Made by a program: the position numbers and the translations under genes
Notes under the pieces: generated by a model
Database searches by the model: none
The model's input: the letters and a program-made list of their open reading frames with translations, nothing else
Told to the model about the DNA's origin: nothing
In this document: piece by piece, positions 21,030 through 30,538 of the stretch
Layout: each line of letters starts with the position of its first letter
Numbering within the stretch: the first letter of the stretch is position 1
Source of the DNA: an uncultured delta proteobacterium
Lineage (GTDB): Bacteria; Myxococcota; B64-G9
Assembly: GCA_963754925.1 (NCBI GenBank)
Contig: CAVWHX010000003.1
Coordinates: 320,001 to 384,000 of the forward strand
DNA: 64,000 bases
Direction of reading: 5' to 3'

Positions 21030-22121
21030 TTACGAAGCCTTCTCTTCCAACATGTTGTAGAAACAACGCAAGAACTCTGACTGGGTATCGGGATAGAGGT
21101 GCAGACTTCCGCCGCGGCAGCGCTCGTAGACCGTGCAGGCGGCACAGGCATGCTTTCGGGTCCAGGAGCGATCTCGAAATAGTTGGTATCTCTGATCCCA
21201 AACATCCCGCAACCTTTCGGACAACACAGTGCCCTGGACAAAAGCGTCACCGAGCTCAGGGCAAGCTCCTATCCGTCCATCAAAAAGGATGCCCGCCGTT
21301 GTAATACCCGCTCGGCACTGACATAAATAAGGGCGGACTTTTCCTTCGTAACCATCGCCTAAAAATCCCTCTTCGCCAAATTCAGGATTCGGCAAATACT
21401 TATCTTGTCTGCCCTGGGTGATGAAATCGAGCATCTCTCGTAGTTCAGCAGGACCAGGGATCAATTCGGGATTGGCCGCAGCTCTTCCAATGGGCATCAC
21501 CGGTGCAATGCGCCACAGGGGCACCTTGAGTTTGGCCACATGCCGACGCATGTCATCCAAGTGCTTGACGGCCGGTTTGGTCAAGGTAGAGATAATCTCC
21601 AATTTGCCTTTGAATCCTGCTTGCTGAAGATTCTTGACGGCAGACTCGACTCGTAGAGAAACTCCTTCTCCGCGATAGCGGTCGTTGATTTCCGGCGGGG
21701 CATCCATGCTGATGGAAATGGATCCAATCCCCGAATTCACTACGCGTTTGGCCATCTCCGCATCCATGACCGTACCGTTGGTCACCATCCCAAAAGGAAA
21801 CTTAAGCTTATGGAGCTCTTGGAAAATATCGAAAATCCCCGGCTTGATGAGCGGCTCGCCACCCGTTACGGCAATCATGACATCTCGAGCGTTGAAGTCC
21901 TCGGCGATTTGCCGAATGATTGAGATCCACGAGGACGCGGGTAAATCTTCTTTTATTTTTTCCGGCGCGCAGTCGCTGCCGCAATAGACACAACGTAAGT
22001 TACATCGCCTGGTAACTTCCAAAAACAAATAGGTGAGGGGGTGGGTCTTACACAACTCATCTAACGTCTGGGAATTCTGCTCCCAAATCGTATGTTCTTT
22101 GCTCTCTTTGGCCATTTTCAC
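21030..22121 (-). CDS. Radical SAM/SPASM protein (rSAM-lipoprotein-system type)
   Basis: HPLTYLFLEVTRRCNLRCVYCGSDC (CxxxCxxC), TGGEPL, SPASM Cys set CRAG..GACP..CAAC..RCRGG. Confidence 0.9.
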   Translation of the reverse strand: MKMAKESKEHTIWEQNSQTLDELCKTHPLTYLFLEVTRRCNLRCVYCGSDCAPEKIKEDLPASSWISIIRQIAEDFNARDVMIAVTGGEPLIKPGIFDIFQELHKLKFPFGMVTNGTVMDAEMAKRVVNSGIGSISISMDAPPEINDRYRGEGVSLRVESAVKNLQQAGFKGKLEIISTLTKPAVKHLDDMRRHVAKLKVPLWRIAPVMPIGRAAANPELIPGPAELREMLDFITQGRQDKYLPNPEFGEEGFLGDGYEGKVRPYLCQCRAGITTAGILFDGRIGACPELGDAFVQGTVLSERLRDVWDQRYQLFRDRSWTRKHACAACTVYERCRGGSLHLYPDTQSEFLRCFYNMLEEKAS

Positions 22122-22123
22122 AA

Positions 22124-22453
22124 CTAAATGGGCAGAGAACCATATAAGGGAACTGCAACGTTTTTGGTTTTACAGATCGGCCAACTCACAGTTCCGCCGC
22201 AGCCATCGTCGTAGGCGTTGGTCGTATCGCAATACCAATTGGCTGCTCCGTTTCGTGACTGGCATTCCGCATCGGTTGTGCATCCTTGTGGGCCATAGAG
22301 CGCTACGGGCACGCAAGGCTTGTCTGTGCCACAATTTCCCAATAGGAAACCTATACAGAACAACGCCCCTAAGGAGCCATACTTCTTCGCCATAGACTTG
22401 CATTTTTTCAGAATGATCCGCATCTTCTTTCGGTAATGGCTACTGGTTTTCAT
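22124..22453 (-). CDS. Small Cys-rich putative lipoprotein, likely rSAM substrate
   Basis: GGAGG RBS; basic N-region, hydrophobic stretch, FLLGN-C41; six further Cys; two LYG motifs; stop 2 nt before the rSAM start. Confidence 0.7.
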   Translation of the reverse strand: MKTSSHYRKKMRIILKKCKSMAKKYGSLGALFCIGFLLGNCGTDKPCVPVALYGPQGCTTDAECQSRNGAANWYCDTTNAYDDGCGGTVSWPICKTKNVAVPLYGSLPI

Positions 22454-22747
22454 CGTAGCCTCCGTAAAAATATTTTATAACTTTATTTATACCAACATTT
22501 ACTCCCCAATGCAAGGCCTAAACTTCGTTTTGAATCCCCCAAAGTATGATTGATCCATGACCTGACTGATATCGTTGAAGCATAAAGGAATCCTAGCCCA
22601 TTCCCGTGACTCGATTATAACATCTAATTGTATAGACATGATCTTATCTTGATTGATCGTGACAAGTACTCTAAAACTAGTTGTGGTCAACATGGATTAA
22701 GGGGCTTTACTAAGTAACGTGGCAGGTATCGCAGATATGGACGCGAA

Positions 22748-23587
22748 GTGATCGGCATATTCGACTCCGGAGTAGGTGGGCTGAGCGTGTGGCGCGAGAT
22801 AACCCGCCTCGTGCCCCAGGCCAAAACAATCTACCTGGCCGATCAGATCCATGTGCCCTACGGTACTCGCTCATTGGAAGAGGTGCGTCTGTTCGCAGAA
22901 GGAATAACGCGTTTTCTCTTGGATCAGGGCGCGAATCCGATCGTCATCGCAAGCAACACGACATCGGCTGCAGCCTTACAAAACGTACGAAGTCTTTTTC
23001 CGGGGGCATCCTTTGTGGGGATGGAACCGGCTCTCAAACCTGCCATTCAGAAAACCCGGACCGGCGTCGTGGGCGTTATCGCCACCCAGGTCACCTTTCA
23101 AGGCGATCTCTTCGCAAACCTACTGGAGAAATACGCAAACAGTATCCGCGTGATCCCGCAAGCCTGCCCCGGTTTGGTCGAGGCCGTTGAGGCGGGCGCG
23201 CTCGACGCCCCCGAAACCAGGGAGCTGCTCCAAAAATACCTTTCCCCTATGCTCGCTGCCGGGATGGATCAGTTGGTGCTCGGCTGCACGCATTATCCGT
23301 TTCTGGTGCCTGCCATTGAGCGAGTCATCGGCACCGGCGTAGAAGTAATCGATCCGGCGCCGTCGGTGGCTCGCCAAACGGCCCGATTCCTGACCACGCC
23401 ACAAGCGGGACAACCTCCAGGGGCAGATTCGAAATCGCGCCAATACAAAGAAGCGCGGCATATATTCTATACCAGTGGGGACCTAACCAACTTCACCCAA
23501 ATGATTCGGCGCCTTCTGCCAACGTTTAAAGATACGATCCTTGACGTACGCGCGGTTAACTGGCAGGAAAACAAGCTCAAAGCCTAA
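22748..23587 (+). CDS. murI: Glutamate racemase
   Basis: IGIFDSGVGGLSV, PYG, LVLGCTHYP; the first catalytic motif reads IASNTT. Confidence 0.9.
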   Translation: MIGIFDSGVGGLSVWREITRLVPQAKTIYLADQIHVPYGTRSLEEVRLFAEGITRFLLDQGANPIVIASNTTSAAALQNVRSLFPGASFVGMEPALKPAIQKTRTGVVGVIATQVTFQGDLFANLLEKYANSIRVIPQACPGLVEAVEAGALDAPETRELLQKYLSPMLAAGMDQLVLGCTHYPFLVPAIERVIGTGVEVIDPAPSVARQTARFLTTPQAGQPPGADSKSRQYKEARHIFYTSGDLTNFTQMIRRLLPTFKDTILDVRAVNWQENKLKA

Positions 23588-24369
23588 CCCGCTGCCATAC
23601 CGCCATCGATAGGAATGATCGCGCCGGTCAGGTAATCGGAAGCCTTGGAAGCCAGGAACACGGCCAGCGCCTTGACGTCGTCTTCCTCGCCAACGCGTCC
23701 CAGCGGAATATGCGAGAGTAAGGTATCGAGCGTTTCCTTCATCTCGGGTTTGAAAACATATCCCATCATATCGGTTTTAAAAAAACCGGGCGCGATGGCG
23801 TTGACCGATATGCGGTAGGGGGCGAGCTTTAAAGCCAGGTTTTTGGTGAGCACTTCAATGGCGGCTTTCGACGGGTTATAGGCCACGGCCGGGTGAAGCT
23901 GTTCCGAGGAGCCGCGCGAACCGAAGATCGACGAGATGTTGATGATCTTTCCCCCGCCCTGCTTCTTCATGATGGCGGCCGCCTTTTGAATGAGCACCCA
24001 AACGCCTCTCACGTTGACATCGAAGATCTTCTCCCAGCGTTCGAGCGGGAAATCGAGGGTGGGCGCTCCCCAGGTGACGCCGGCATTGTTGACCAGGATG
24101 TCGAGGCGCCCAAAGCTGTCCATGGTTGCCGTAACGAGCTTACCAATGTCTTCGGTGTTCCCCATATCGCACTTCACCGCGAGCGCCTTGACGCCGTATG
24201 CCGAGAGCTCAAGCGCCGCCTTCTGACAGCTTTCAAGCTTGCGCGAAGCGAGCATCAGATTGGCCCCGGCTTCCGCCAGTCCGGTGGCGATGAATCTCCC
24301 AATTCCCCGGCCGCCGCCGGTAACGATGGCGACCGTGCCTGAAAGATCAAACATGTTTTTTAGCTGCAT
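23584..24369 (-). CDS. Short-chain dehydrogenase/reductase
   Basis: TGGGRGIG, NNAG, YNPSK and VNAIAPG motifs. Confidence 0.92.
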   Translation of the reverse strand: MQLKNMFDLSGTVAIVTGGGRGIGRFIATGLAEAGANLMLASRKLESCQKAALELSAYGVKALAVKCDMGNTEDIGKLVTATMDSFGRLDILVNNAGVTWGAPTLDFPLERWEKIFDVNVRGVWVLIQKAAAIMKKQGGGKIINISSIFGSRGSSEQLHPAVAYNPSKAAIEVLTKNLALKLAPYRISVNAIAPGFFKTDMMGYVFKPEMKETLDTLLSHIPLGRVGEEDDVKALAVFLASKASDYLTGAIIPIDGGMAAG

Positions 24370-24521
24370 AGTCGTGTGCCTCCCGTGTCGTGTGGCTCCC
24401 GTGTAACGAGGTAGTCTCCTCAACCGATCGGACAAAAAAGATACTATTTATTGCTTCGCCCAAAGTCGAGGGTTATATGAACGCTGGTAGGTAAAAAAAC
24501 AATCCTAGGGAGTCGACGGTC

Positions 24522-25028
24522 ATGCCAGAAACGAAATACTGTCCGCTGTGCAGTCGGTTGCTTACCACCAAAAACATCAACGGCAAGGACTACCCGGCTT
24601 GTCCCTCGGAAGTTTGCACCTATGTCTTTTGGGATAACCCGGTTCCGGTGGTTGCGGCAATAATTGAATTCAAGGGGGCCGTCCTCCTCGCCCGCAACAA
24701 AGCTTGGCCTGAAAAGATGTTCGGTCTGGTGACCGGTTTTCTCGAAAAGAATGAATCGCCCAAGGACGCCATTATTCGCGAGGTCAAGGAAGAGCTCGGT
24801 CTCGATGCAACCCTCGTCGGCTTGGTCGGCATCTATTCGTTTTTCGAGAAGAACCAGTTGATCGTCGCCTACCATGTATCCGCAGCAGGCGAAATCGTCT
24901 TGGGGGATGAAATTGCCGAGACAAAATTGGTCCAGCCCGAAAAACTTCGCCCGTGGCCATTTGGCACCGGTCTGGCAGTTCGCGATTGGTTGGAAAGCCG
25001 TGGGAGCACGCGCAAGACCAATAATTGA
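24522..25028 (+). CDS. Nudix hydrolase with N-terminal zinc ribbon
   Basis: YCPLC..CPSEVC, then GFLEKNESPKDAIIREVKEELGL Nudix box. Confidence 0.9.
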   Translation: MPETKYCPLCSRLLTTKNINGKDYPACPSEVCTYVFWDNPVPVVAAIIEFKGAVLLARNKAWPEKMFGLVTGFLEKNESPKDAIIREVKEELGLDATLVGLVGIYSFFEKNQLIVAYHVSAAGEIVLGDEIAETKLVQPEKLRPWPFGTGLAVRDWLESRGSTRKTNN

Positions 25029-25223
25029 CTCTATCCGGTAAAATATGTAAATCTATGTGATAGGCGGTGGGGTTTTAGACTGAAGATCAGTCAAATTCCA
25101 TATTGTTATCAGCCGAGCAATAGGTTGAAAGGGGACGGGCCTCATCATGTAAGCCATTTCTCGTTGGATACCAGTGCCCATCTCTCAAACGTTGTGTTTT
25201 TCTTTAATCGCGGGAGTACGTAC

Positions 25224-25572
25224 TTGAGCCAATGCAATAGCTGTGGGGCAAAAAATCGGGATGAACGCAGATTTTGTAATCAGTGCGGCAGCATCCTAGG
25301 GTGGGTTTGCGAGCGCTGCTCTTTCTTTAACTTTTAGTGACGAGATCTTTTGCGGAGGATGCGGGTTGCCCGCAAAGCCATTGGCCGAAACGAATGCCCG
25401 TGCTCAAGCAAAAGCCTCTGTCTCGCCGGCAACCACACGCCCGAGCGATCGCAATGTAATGATCTCGAAGGAAATTAAAAATGCAATGCAGGAAATAAGC
25501 GCGAAAAAGGACGTCGAGGATGGCTTAAAGGCTGTATCGCAAAGCGAAATCGATCAGCTTTTCAAGAAATAG
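25224..25572 (+). pseudogene. Double-zinc-ribbon protein with C-terminal SQSEIDQLF peptide, split by a 1-nt frameshift
   Basis: TTG after GGGAG; CNSC, CNQC and CERC in one frame, CGGC in the next. Removing one T from 25332-25335 gives one 115-aa ORF. Confidence 0.75.
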
Positions 25573-25589
25573 CTTAAGAAGAGTCTCAC

Positions 25590-27290
25590 GTGCAGACATT
25601 TCGAGCCATAGAGAAAAAAATCGGTCAGATTCTAATCGAGAACCGCCGCCTTACCAATGACCAGCTACAAGGCGCCGTGGATCTTCAAAAAGAAAGCAAG
25701 CGCGATCAACCACTGGGAGAGATTCTCATCGACCTTGGGTATATCCATGAAGAGGACGTCACTTTTGCACTGGGAATTCAGTTCAATTTACCGGTGGTCG
25801 ATATCACAACTATGGAGATAAGCCTCGACGCGGTGAGGCAGGTTTCTGAGGCTCAAGCAAAAAAGTTGGCGGTAATGCCGTTATTTTTAGTCGGTAATGA
25901 GCTCACCGTAGCAATTCATGACCCCACTCGGATCGAGGTTATTGATTATCTCGGTCGCCAGACACGCTATGTGATTCAGGCGGTGTTGACCACCAAGTCA
26001 CAGATTCTGACTGCCCAGACCATCTATTACGCAAAACTCTTAGAAACCCAGAGGAAACCAAAAGACGTCAAATCCAGCGATGCAGACGAAGAAGCACCCG
26101 ACTCGCAGCGATTGGGTGCCGAAGGCAAAGAAATCCCGATTATCAACATCGTCAATCAGATCTTTAACCAGGCTATCGAGGAAGGCGCCAGCGATATACA
26201 CATCGAACCGCAAGAGGAAGGACTCTTAGTCAGATTCCGCGTTGATGGTCGACTGCGGGAAATATCTACCTTTCCCTCGCTCCTGCGGGGCGGGATCACC
26301 AGCCGGCTGAAAATACTGGCTAGCCTCGACATCGCCGAGCGCCAACAACCTCAAGACGGCCGCATCCAGTTAACGGTCGGCGATAAAACGTTCGACTTTA
26401 GAGTATCCACCCTGCCGGCAAGTTTTGGTGAAAAGGTTGTCCTGCGCATACTGGATCGCGCCAGCGTCCTCATCAGTCTTGATTCACTCGGTTTTAGCCC
26501 AACCAATTTGGAGAATCTCAACAAGATCATTTATCGACCCTATGGAATTCTTTTAGTCACCGGCCCAACGGGAAGTGGTAAAAGCACCACCCTGTATTCG
26601 GTTCTCAACACCCTCAGATCGCCCGAGGTCAACATTATCACGGTCGAGGATCCGGTCGAGTATCGGCTGCCGGGCATCAATCAAGTTCAGGTAAACCCCA
26701 AAAAGCAGATGGACTTTGCGTCGGCATTACGTTCGATCTTACGTCAGGATCCCGATATCATCATGATTGGCGAGATTCGCGATCCTGAAACCGGCAAGAT
26801 CGCCACTGAAGCAGCCTTGACAGGACACATGGTTTTCTCTACTCTCCATACCAATGACGCCTGTGGGGCGGTAACCAGGCTGGTGGAAATGGGCATTGAC
26901 CCGTTTTTAGTTGCGCCTTCACTCTTAGGAGTTATTGCCCAACGGTTGGTGCTTCGCATCTGCAGCGAGTGTAAGGAGTTTTATGAACCGCGGCCCAGTG
27001 AATTGGCGCGCCTTGGCCTTGATCAAGCGGACACGTCCGAGATACGTTTTGCAAAAGGTCGCGGCTGTCCGCGCTGCAAACAACGTGGCTTTAGGGGTCG
27101 GGTCGCGCTCCATGAGCTACTGATGATCGATGACACGCTGCGCCAAATGATAAGCGATCGGGCTTCACACAGTGATCTCTTAAGGCATGCCCTGTCACAT
27201 GGATTTCACGATATGCGCATTGATGGCATCCGAAAACTTGCCGCAGGACTGACAACCATCGAGGAAGTATTACGCGAAACAAAGGAATAA
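25590..27290 (+). CDS. PilB/GspE secretion ATPase with MshEN-like N-terminus
   Basis: IGQILIE/LGEILIDLG repeats, ASDIHIEP, GPTGSGKST, LRQDPDIIMIGEIRD, TGHMVFSTLHTND, CxxC..CxxC. Confidence 0.93.
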   Translation: MQTFRAIEKKIGQILIENRRLTNDQLQGAVDLQKESKRDQPLGEILIDLGYIHEEDVTFALGIQFNLPVVDITTMEISLDAVRQVSEAQAKKLAVMPLFLVGNELTVAIHDPTRIEVIDYLGRQTRYVIQAVLTTKSQILTAQTIYYAKLLETQRKPKDVKSSDADEEAPDSQRLGAEGKEIPIINIVNQIFNQAIEEGASDIHIEPQEEGLLVRFRVDGRLREISTFPSLLRGGITSRLKILASLDIAERQQPQDGRIQLTVGDKTFDFRVSTLPASFGEKVVLRILDRASVLISLDSLGFSPTNLENLNKIIYRPYGILLVTGPTGSGKSTTLYSVLNTLRSPEVNIITVEDPVEYRLPGINQVQVNPKKQMDFASALRSILRQDPDIIMIGEIRDPETGKIATEAALTGHMVFSTLHTNDACGAVTRLVEMGIDPFLVAPSLLGVIAQRLVLRICSECKEFYEPRPSELARLGLDQADTSEIRFAKGRGCPRCKQRGFRGRVALHELLMIDDTLRQMISDRASHSDLLRHALSHGFHDMRIDGIRKLAAGLTTIEEVLRETKE

Positions 27291-27298
27291 TACGCCTT

Positions 27299-27673
27299 AT
27301 GGGAACGAAAACGTACCGAGTGTTAATTGTGGATGATTCGAAACCAATGCGTGACTCCCTTAAGGAGATCCTGGTCAAAATTGGTTATGACGTATGCGGT
27401 GAGGCCGGCGATGGCGCTGAAGCAGTGTCAAAATGCCGCAGCCTCAAACCGGACATCGTTACCTTGGACATGATCCTGCCAAAAATGGACGGTCTTCAGG
27501 CGCTGAGAGTCTTGAAGGCGCTCGATCCAAAGCTCATTGTCGTCATGGTCACTTCCCGATCCGATAAAGGCTCAGTGGTGGATTGCGCGAAAGCTGGTGC
27601 GGATCATTATCTGCTCAAGCCTTTTGATGAATCTAAGGTAGCCGAGGTAATGAAAATAATCGCGCCCCTATAA
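27299..27673 (+). CDS. CheY-like single-domain response regulator
   Basis: VLIVDDS, PDIVTLDMILPKMDG, VMVTS and YLLKPF motifs. Confidence 0.92.
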   Translation: MGTKTYRVLIVDDSKPMRDSLKEILVKIGYDVCGEAGDGAEAVSKCRSLKPDIVTLDMILPKMDGLQALRVLKALDPKLIVVMVTSRSDKGSVVDCAKAGADHYLLKPFDESKVAEVMKIIAPL

Positions 27674-27902
27674 GATATCGAGTACAAAATTTTTAAACCA
27701 ATTCATTATAAGATAAATACATCAAGACCCCTACGACATTTTTAACAGAAAATCAATAAGATATAACATTGTTACCAGCTTAGAGATTTCTCTTCCCTAT
27801 GCTCGTGTGAAAGGTATAATAGAGGGCTGTGAAGCACAGCATTAATTTGTCCCGGCTCGGTCACCCGAAAGGAATTTAATTTTTTTCATTAAGGAGTTTT
27901 TC

Positions 27903-29132
27903 ATGATGGGTATCAAGAACTTATCGAAAATATGGTTATTAATTTTTTTGATAGCTTTTCTTGGAGGGTGCAGCAAGGGAAAGGTAAACAAGAATACCTG
28001 CGACGGAGTAACCTGTTCGTCCCACGGGACCTGCGCAGTCGTGAACGGCTTGGCAACATGCAACTGCAATACGTGCTACGTTGCAGATAAATTGGAGTGT
28101 AACCCAGATCCATCGGCATGCTCCGGGCATGGAATGTGCGTTGATAACAGCGGAACACCTACCTGCCAGTGCGATGATGGGTATCATGCAGAAGGGTGGG
28201 TTTTACTCTGTTGCGAAGATGGCTATCACTTGGAAGGGCTATCCTGTATAAAGAACGTCCCGACGTGTCTCGAGGGGTGTAATGTTGATGATGATTGTTT
28301 ATTTGGGAATTCTGGGTACTCGTTCGATGATGGCCATCTATGCGATCCAACGCTTAAACGATGTGTTGAGTGTACTCAGGATGACCAATGTATTGCCTTT
28401 TTGAGTGGTTGGTGGAACCCCTCTGTATGCTCAACAGATGAAGACTGTACTACTTCCCCTCAAAAGTGCATCATGGTTGCTTCAGGAGAAGGAAGATGTG
28501 TCTCTCAAGCGCAAGATTGCTCGAAGCTGGGCTACGGCTTTACGTTAGTCTCGAAAACAGATATTAATGGAACTGATTCAGTCTCTGTATGCGCAATAAC
28601 AAACCCTAAATGTGTATCTGGCAACTGCACTAATAAAGAGTGCGGTTCTAATGCAGATTGTGTCGCAAAATATAATGGTTGGTTATTGGGATGCTCTAAC
28701 AACGCAGATTGTAATTCAACTGCTCTAGCATGCGTATACTTAACCCCAAACGAGACTAATGGATATTGCGCTTTAATACCAGATCCCACTAGCGGTTGCA
28801 TACTCTCAAGTTTAACGCAAAAGGCTCTGCCACTTTTTGAAAATAAAACTACTAACGTAACAGTTTGTATTAATCTTATTGCATTAGCTAATGCAACCTG
28901 TAATAACGGCACTTGTATGAATCCATGCAAAGTGGATAGTGATTGTAGCAATCAGCCTAACCCGCAACCACCATACTGCGACGCGAGCACCGGGAGATGT
29001 ATATGCAAAAATGATACCGACTGTACAACAAATGCAGATAAATGTTTTGCGGGATCGTGCGGCTGTTCATTAGCGAGCATCTGTACAGGAAGTCAATTAA
29101 AAAATATCACGTGGGAATGCATCACCCCGTAA
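27903..29132 (+). CDS. Cys-rich EGF-like lipoprotein
   Basis: Signal peptide ending FLGGC; CSSHGTC/CSGHGMC..CQCDDGY EGF units, followed by many C-x3-DC repeats. Confidence 0.75.
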   Translation: MMGIKNLSKIWLLIFLIAFLGGCSKGKVNKNTCDGVTCSSHGTCAVVNGLATCNCNTCYVADKLECNPDPSACSGHGMCVDNSGTPTCQCDDGYHAEGWVLLCCEDGYHLEGLSCIKNVPTCLEGCNVDDDCLFGNSGYSFDDGHLCDPTLKRCVECTQDDQCIAFLSGWWNPSVCSTDEDCTTSPQKCIMVASGEGRCVSQAQDCSKLGYGFTLVSKTDINGTDSVSVCAITNPKCVSGNCTNKECGSNADCVAKYNGWLLGCSNNADCNSTALACVYLTPNETNGYCALIPDPTSGCILSSLTQKALPLFENKTTNVTVCINLIALANATCNNGTCMNPCKVDSDCSNQPNPQPPYCDASTGRCICKNDTDCTTNADKCFAGSCGCSLASICTGSQLKNITWECITP

Positions 29133-29192
29133 AAGTAAAAATTGCAACCTAATAATACCAGGCTCGGTTTCCTCGATTATCAACTTTCTGAA

Positions 29193-30326
29193 TTACTCAG
29201 TAGGTGCCGACTCGGGAGTTGCAGGGGCTTCAGCCTCTGGCGGCGGACAGGACGGGCAGGCCGGACACGTCGGACAGGTGCACACCGGCTCGGGTTTTGG
29301 CGGTTCCGGCGGCTTGAAGAACGTATATGAAACCGTCAATAATATGTTGTTTTGAATCTGGAACTTGTCGATGAGCTGCGGCTCGCGGACAGCTTTCAAC
29401 TGGTAATCGACAGAAAACCATTCCAGGAGCTTGAACGAAATGATCGCGCTGAGATCGATGTTCATCAGATTAAACGCCCCGTTTTCTTGACCCGGTCGAG
29501 CCTGGTAGACGATTGGCATAAAGAAGTTGGCGTTTAATTGATACGTCACCCTTTTTTCATAAAGCTCTCCCCAGAATCCCAAACCCAGCTCTCCGCCGGC
29601 CTCACTGTAGGTTTCAAGTTCATTTACTGCGATTTGACTACTGGAAGTGTGATTGACTGCAAACTGGTCGGTTGCGAAAACGTGCAATCCGCCGATGCCT
29701 AAACGAATTTCAAGATTAAGACGCGTGTCGGTAAAGGGCTTAGCAAATGCTCCTATCGTTTCTTTTAATCGAAATGGCAGAAACCCATCGGTCATCCGAA
29801 GGCGGCTAAGGTTTTGATACGTCTTAGTGGTGTTATTCAGCATGGTAACTTGCCAGTCGACGATATCAGGATGGAGATTATACGCATACGACTCAAACAT
29901 GGATGTCTGTAACGAGAGATCGACATAGGGGCCAAGCCATTCAAGAAAGTGTATGAGATAAATCGACTCTTCTTTAAAAACGTCGTTGGCTTTTAGGAAA
30001 GCATCGATTACCGGCGTACGACTATAACTTTCGTTGATATTCAACCCATTTCGCAGCTCGTGAATGCCGGACCGGAAATTTGCTGCGCCCAGGATGTTGA
30101 CTCCCAAGGCATAACTTGAGCCGTCGAGCTGACCAACGGTGTTTTGGCTGTTAGAAAAGCTAAAGCTGAGGCCCGTGGTGAGAAGAAAATCCCAGCCCTC
30201 GGTTTTCTTGACCTCCTTCACCGCGTCCTTGGAAAGCAATCTTTCCTGGGCCCAACCAACCGTCGGAACACAGAACGCCGCGAGAACCAACGACATAGCA
30301 GATTGTATAACCCTTCTCTTGCTCAT
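29193..30326 (-). CDS. Secreted/outer-membrane beta-barrel-like protein with a Pro/Cys tail
   Basis: Signal peptide (VGWA), amphipathic beta strands ending LLTVSYTF, then PPEPPKPEPVCTCPTCPACPSCPPP. Confidence 0.6.
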   Translation of the reverse strand: MSKRRVIQSAMSLVLAAFCVPTVGWAQERLLSKDAVKEVKKTEGWDFLLTTGLSFSFSNSQNTVGQLDGSSYALGVNILGAANFRSGIHELRNGLNINESYSRTPVIDAFLKANDVFKEESIYLIHFLEWLGPYVDLSLQTSMFESYAYNLHPDIVDWQVTMLNNTTKTYQNLSRLRMTDGFLPFRLKETIGAFAKPFTDTRLNLEIRLGIGGLHVFATDQFAVNHTSSSQIAVNELETYSEAGGELGLGFWGELYEKRVTYQLNANFFMPIVYQARPGQENGAFNLMNIDLSAIISFKLLEWFSVDYQLKAVREPQLIDKFQIQNNILLTVSYTFFKPPEPPKPEPVCTCPTCPACPSCPPPEAEAPATPESAPTE

Positions 30327-30538
30327 GAGCTTTTCCCTCCGTTGTTATAAATCAGTCTTTGTGCTGGCCCCTTGTTAAGAAACTATTTGAATAACGGTAA
30401 ATAGGCGCACCTTTATATCAAAAAGAAACTACCCTTGCAATATTAATCGTAGACACAAACCGCAATCCAGCCGACAACTGACTTGCCTCCCGACGATTGG
30501 GTCAGCTTCATGCCCGTCGGCGAAATAGAGGGACGGAC

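Noticed and set aside
25335..25340. TAG TGA as pyrrolysine/selenocysteine readthrough
   Set aside because: The continuation (CGGC) is in another frame, so this is a frameshift, not readthrough.
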